Source: Raphidiopsis brookii D9
GTDB taxonomy: Bacteria; Cyanobacteriota; Cyanobacteriia; Cyanobacteriales; Nostocaceae
Reading direction: 5' to 3'
DNA length: 32,000 nt
Assembly (NCBI GenBank): GCA_000175855.1
Contig: ACYB01000029.1
Coordinates: 1 to 32,000, forward strand
Under the pieces are notes generated by a model. The model did not search any database, was not told the DNA's origin, and was given only the letters and a program-made list of their open reading frames with translations. The translations under genes and the position numbers were made by a program. Of this stretch, positions 27,766 to 32,000 are shown one piece after another; the stretch's first letter is position 1, and every line of letters starts with the position of its first letter.

Positions 27766-30700
27766 TCATCGTAAATCTGCGAGTCTTTCCGTGAGAATCT
27801 GAGCTTGTTTTTCTGCTTCTGCTAGAGCATCTCTAGCAGTTTGCACCACAGCAGGGGGAGCTTTATCAACAAAGTTGGCATTATTCAACCTTCCCGTTAA
27901 AGCATCTATTTCTGCTTGCACTTTACCTAGGCTTTTTTCTAATTTGGCTCGCAATACTTCTACATCAACTACTCCAGTTAGGGGAATTACTATCTGCACC
28001 GTACCTACCACACCTGCAATGGAATTTTCCTTCACACTTACCCTAGGTTCTGTGGATTTTGTAAATTCGGTTTCCGGTGCTTTTGCAGGAGCTGGAAAAT
28101 ATTTAGCCAAAAATTCTTGTCTGCTTTTCCAGGTGACGAAATGACGCAGAACAAACCAAACTACATAAAACAACCCCACAGCTTCAAATAAACTCCCAAA
28201 AAGTGGTACCCTCAATAGGGTATTGCCCACAAAAAAGGCAACTTTGAGTATCACTAATACACCCAAAATTATGGCTAGGTCTCTGAAATTATCCCAATAG
28301 GGACCGCTCAAAGTTTCACCATTCTTGAGGATATTCTCAAGATTATTTCCCACATTAGTTTTCGCATTAACTTCCGGTTCTTCCCCAAACTCTCTACTCT
28401 CTTGAGGAATGTTAATAGTTAAAGTTTCTACCTTAGCTAGTTCTTTGATATAGTCTTGCCCAACAACTAAAATTGCCCTTTCCTTTTCGCTATCACTTTC
28501 TAAATTAGCAGTTATCTTTGCCCCAGGTTTAACATCAGCTTCTGCACGCAAATTGCGAATATTACGAATGGTAGCAATCAACAAATCAAATTGGTCTTCT
28601 AACTCAGAATTAATTAACTTATCATCCGCTTCTGGATAACTTTGCAAGGCTAAAAACTGCTGGTTGTCTATTGATTGTTGAGTGAGGGTTTGCCAAATTT
28701 CTTCCGTAATATGCGGCATGAAAGGATGTAATAACTTTAACACTCCAGATAAAATGGAGGCTAGTATTTGCTGGGCAGTTTTCCGCGATACCGGATCTGC
28801 ATTGTTTTGCAATCTGGATTTTACCAGTTCAATATACCAATCACAAAAATCTCCCCAAATAAATTCATATAACCCCTTAGCTGCTTCCCCTAACCCATAA
28901 TTATCAATATAGTTGTTGGTTTGTTTTACCACTTGATGATAACGGGAAAGAATCCATCTGTCACTCAGTTCTATCCCCTGGGGTTCCCCCAATTGCTCTG
29001 GTGTTTGTCCGTCCAAATTCATCATCACAAATCTGGCCGCATTCCATAATTTATTAGCAAAATTACGAGATGCTTCTACCGAAACCGATTCATCCTTTTT
29101 CCGGTCATATTCTAAACGAATATCTTGACCTGCACCAACCACCTCCTTTACTAGGGTATAACGTAGAGCGTCCGTACCATATTTATCAATCAACAATAAT
29201 GGATCAATCCCATTATTAGCTGATTTGGACATTTTTTGTTTGTTTTCATCTCGAACAAGACCATGAATATAAACCGTTTGGAAAGGCATTTTTCCAGTGA
29301 AATGTCCAGCCATCATGGTCATTCTTGCTACCCAGAAAAATATAATATCAAAGCCTGTAACAAGAGTGGTTGTGGGGTAATACGCGTCAAAATCAGGTGT
29401 TTTTTCTGGCCATCCCAGGGTAGAAAATGGCCATAACCCGGAAGAAAACCATGTGTCTAATACATCCGGATCTTGAATTAGTTGCACATTTTCACCCCAT
29501 TGGGAGCGGGCCTTTTCTAGGGCCTCCGTTTCGTTGTGAGCCACAAAATAGGGTGTACTGTCCGTAATTTCCCCCCCAGTTTCACTCACAGCATACCAAG
29601 CGGGAATTTGATGACCCCACCACAACTGACGGGAAATACACCAGTCCCTTAGATTGACTAACCAGTCACGATACACTTTTCCCCACCTCTGGGGGACAAA
29701 TTCCGGTGAGTTCTCTTGGTCCAAGAACTCTAGGGTTTTGTCCGCTAGAGGACGAATTTTCACAAACCACTGGGTAGAAAGTAAGGGTTCAACAGGAACT
29801 TTACCGCGATCGCTATAAGGTACTGTATGTTTATATTCTTCTACTTTTATTAGTAGATTTTCCGCTTCTAAACGACTAACTACATTCTTTCTAGCAACAA
29901 ATCGGTCCTGTCCCTGAAACTCCCCCGCATTGTCGTTAAGAGTGCCGTCTTTATTCATAATATTAATAAACGGCAAGTTGTGGCGTTTACCCATTTCAAA
30001 ATCGTTAGGGTCATGGGCGGGGGTAACTTTCACACATCCCGTACCAAAAGCAGGGTCAACCAACTCGTCAGCAATAATTGGGATTTGTCGGTTCATAATC
30101 GGCAAATTTAGGGTTTTTCCGATTAGATCCTTATACCTTGAGTCTTCTGGGTTGACTGCAACTGCTGTGTCTCCTAACATGGTTTCTGGTCTAGTGGTAG
30201 CTACCTCCACATATCCAGTACCATCAGTAAGATAATAGCGAAAATGCCACAGACTACCATTTACTTCCTTGGGTTCTACCTCTAGGTCCGACACAGCAGA
30301 CTGGGAAGCTGGACACCAGTTGACTAAATAATTACTACGGTAAATTAACCCCTCTTCATAAAGTTTAATAAATGCTTCTAAAACAGCTTTTGATAACCCT
30401 TCATCTAAGGTGAAGCGTTCCCGTGACCAATCCACTGAAACACCCAATCGTCGTAACTGATTAATAATCGTACCACCAGACTCAGCTTTCCATTGCCAAG
30501 CCCTTTCTAAGAATTTATCTCTACCTAATTCGTAGCGGTTTTTACCTTCTGATTTAAGTTGTTTTTCTAAAATAGTTTGTACTGCTATACTTGCGTGGTC
30601 AGTACCAGGTAGCCATAGTGTATTCCGTCCTTTCATCCGATGATATCTCACCAGGGCATCAATTAGCGCACTTTCAAAGGCATGACCCATGTGCAAACTA

Positions 30701-30903
30701 CCAGTGACATTTGGAGGCGGAATAACAACACAGTATGGCAGACCCGGGTGGTTAGGATCTGCTTTGTAAATTTGATTTTCTTCCCAGGATGTTTGCCATT
30801 TTGCTTCCGTGGAGAAGGGTTCGTAAAGACTAGGAAGATTGGTGATTGCAGTCATGCTAGAAATAATCTGTTTAGGAACTAGTTTTTGAGAACTCGGATC
30901 CAT
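27766..30903 (-). CDS. valS: Valyl-tRNA synthetase with CAAD-like transmembrane insertion
   Basis: [39 protein letters not shown], valine-type editing domain, plus a hydrophobic insert before the C-terminal coiled coil. Confidence 0.97.
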   Translation of the reverse strand: MDPSSQKLVPKQIISSMTAITNLPSLYEPFSTEAKWQTSWEENQIYKADPNHPGLPYCVVIPPPNVTGSLHMGHAFESALIDALVRYHRMKGRNTLWLPGTDHASIAVQTILEKQLKSEGKNRYELGRDKFLERAWQWKAESGGTIINQLRRLGVSVDWSRERFTLDEGLSKAVLEAFIKLYEEGLIYRSNYLVNWCPASQSAVSDLEVEPKEVNGSLWHFRYYLTDGTGYVEVATTRPETMLGDTAVAVNPEDSRYKDLIGKTLNLPIMNRQIPIIADELVDPAFGTGCVKVTPAHDPNDFEMGKRHNLPFINIMNKDGTLNDNAGEFQGQDRFVARKNVVSRLEAENLLIKVEEYKHTVPYSDRGKVPVEPLLSTQWFVKIRPLADKTLEFLDQENSPEFVPQRWGKVYRDWLVNLRDWCISRQLWWGHQIPAWYAVSETGGEITDSTPYFVAHNETEALEKARSQWGENVQLIQDPDVLDTWFSSGLWPFSTLGWPEKTPDFDAYYPTTTLVTGFDIIFFWVARMTMMAGHFTGKMPFQTVYIHGLVRDENKQKMSKSANNGIDPLLLIDKYGTDALRYTLVKEVVGAGQDIRLEYDRKKDESVSVEASRNFANKLWNAARFVMMNLDGQTPEQLGEPQGIELSDRWILSRYHQVVKQTNNYIDNYGLGEAAKGLYEFIWGDFCDWYIELVKSRLQNNADPVSRKTAQQILASILSGVLKLLHPFMPHITEEIWQTLTQQSIDNQQFLALQSYPEADDKLINSELEDQFDLLIATIRNIRNLRAEADVKPGAKITANLESDSEKERAILVVGQDYIKELAKVETLTINIPQESREFGEEPEVNAKTNVGNNLENILKNGETLSGPYWDNFRDLAIILGVLVILKVAFFVGNTLLRVPLFGSLFEAVGLFYVVWFVLRHFVTWKSRQEFLAKYFPAPAKAPETEFTKSTEPRVSVKENSIAGVVGTVQIVIPLTGVVDVEVLRAKLEKSLGKVQAEIDALTGRLNNANFVDKAPPAVVQTARDALAEAEKQAQILTERLADLR

Positions 30904-31014
30904 TGTGCCATAAGGTTGAAAACTATGCGAAAAATCAATGGGGAGGAAAATTGGAGAAGCGGGTCTAACCTACCCTATAAAAACATGGAAATTTTCCTCC
31001 TCTGTTAAATTAGT

Positions 31015-32000
31015 CTAAATTAGTCCTGCTGACTCATATAGTCTTTTGAACAGGGCCTTAATTTTTGTTCCATAGTCCAAATCCGCTGACCATCTCCCCG
31101 AAAGTTGATCCACTGAGGGTGCTACCCCCCTAGTCACAAACCTAAAACGTGGATCTACTTCTTCTTGCACTAAGGGTTCTAAACTTGCGTATGCTTTTAA
31201 GTGTTGAATATGAGCTCTCACACCAATTCTCGCACTGTTAAAAGAAGCTGCTTCTGGACCACCACTAATTCCTCCTAAACCAGCAAAATTGTTTTGTTGT
31301 GGTTTAATATCGCCGCCAAATCTTAGAAATCCGGTTTCTAAACACATCTGACAAAAGGCAATGTCATGATTTACACCCTCTAATGTAGCTTCTTCTCGAT
31401 AGAGTTTTGGTATATCTCCAAACTGATTTAAGGCATTTTCGTTGTTGTTGCGCAAAAACAGTTGTAGTTGTACTTCTGTCGTACTACCATTGGAAATTAT
31501 TTGATCAATATGTCCAGCACAAATGGGCAAAACTGACCGCATTTTTACAGTTTTAGTGCTGCTATCCCAAGCAATAGAAATGTTAAAGTCCCGCAGTTCA
31601 ATGGCTTTAACATAAACAATACGACGATAAGTTACACGATTAATATTAGATCCCTGTGATAAATCAATGCGCAGTCTATCTACTAGGTCTACGGGGATAT
31701 AGGAATTACCATTAATTAATATTCCTTGTTCACCATAGTTTTGCCCATTAATATTTATGTTAATTGCCAGATAATTGGCATCTACAGGAGTCCCAGGTTG
31801 AGGATCAACGATTTTACTCCAACCAACTAATCCATCAACAATTCCTAGGGCAAAATCCCGACGACGAGTTTGTAATAAATTCCGGTCTTCTGGACTGGTG
31901 AGAAACCCCACCTGCATCACTAATGCAGGAAGATTGGTTTGACGACAAAATTGTAAACTCCCCAAACCACTATCTGTATCTGGTCTCACTCCCCGACTGG
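31015..32000 (-). CDS. N-acetylmuramoyl-L-alanine amidase with C-terminal glucosaminidase-like domain, 5' end beyond the window
   Basis: N-terminal part TNLPALVMQVGFLTSPEDRNLLQTRRRDFALGIVDGLV matches amidase_3 C-terminal motifs. The C-terminal part EATLEGVNHDIAFCQMCLETGFLRFGGDIKPQQNNFAGLG resembles a glucosaminidase domain. The frame is open to the window end. Confidence 0.82.
   Translation of the reverse strand, partial: SRGVRPDTDSGLGSLQFCRQTNLPALVMQVGFLTSPEDRNLLQTRRRDFALGIVDGLVGWSKIVDPQPGTPVDANYLAINININGQNYGEQGILINGNSYIPVDLVDRLRIDLSQGSNINRVTYRRIVYVKAIELRDFNISIAWDSSTKTVKMRSVLPICAGHIDQIISNGSTTEVQLQLFLRNNNENALNQFGDIPKLYREEATLEGVNHDIAFCQMCLETGFLRFGGDIKPQQNNFAGLGGISGGPEAASFNSARIGVRAHIQHLKAYASLEPLVQEEVDPRFRFVTRGVAPSVDQLSGRWSADLDYGTKIKALFKRLYESAGLI

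Noticed and set aside
27875-28144. Many ORFs antisense to valS (27875-28144, 28682-28900, 29236-29436, 29930-30235, 30682-30882)
   Set aside because: All lie antisense within a conserved valS coding sequence and have no recognisable domain. Chance open frames.
1-32000. Search for CRISPR arrays, cas genes, retrons or BREX/CBASS-like operons
   Set aside because: No regularly interspaced repeats, no reverse transcriptase, no Cas or cyclase-type motifs in any ORF.

Overview
This is a cyanobacterial (Nostocales-like) chromosome segment, judging by thylakoid and carbon-metabolism genes, abundant HIP1 palindromes (GCGATCGC, at least 13 copies) and cyanobacteria-type protein architectures. Bases ~1-5,950 are an accessory, mobile-element-rich region. 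It holds two Uma2-family genes, a RelB/RelE-like toxin-antitoxin pair flanked by a ~185-bp inverted repeat, and a 132-bp MITE-like element with 20-bp perfect inverted termini. It also holds an IS630-family transposase split by a canonical A_AAA_AAA -1 slippery site, an IS607-type remnant whose TnpB has lost its whole core, and an unassigned two-gene unit (a frame-disrupted possible nuclease plus a partner ORF). Bases ~6,000-32,000 are mostly core genes: TerC-like, ndk, thrC, ABC-F ATPase, DUF1824, DUF3493, tRNA-Thr(CGT), laccase-domain protein, NDH-2, HAD, EamA, nitrilase-like, class II FBP aldolase, ABC exporter, ABC-2 permease, an RpaA-like response regulator, a phosphopantetheinyl transferase, a GT2-GtrA fusion, CofH, Psb27, ValRS with a CAAD-like transmembrane insert, and an amidase/glucosaminidase. 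No CRISPR array and no demonstrable new multi-gene system was found. The best candidates for follow-up are the two-gene unit at 4626-5907, the inverted-repeat-flanked toxin-antitoxin/Uma2 island, and the core-less tnpB remnant.
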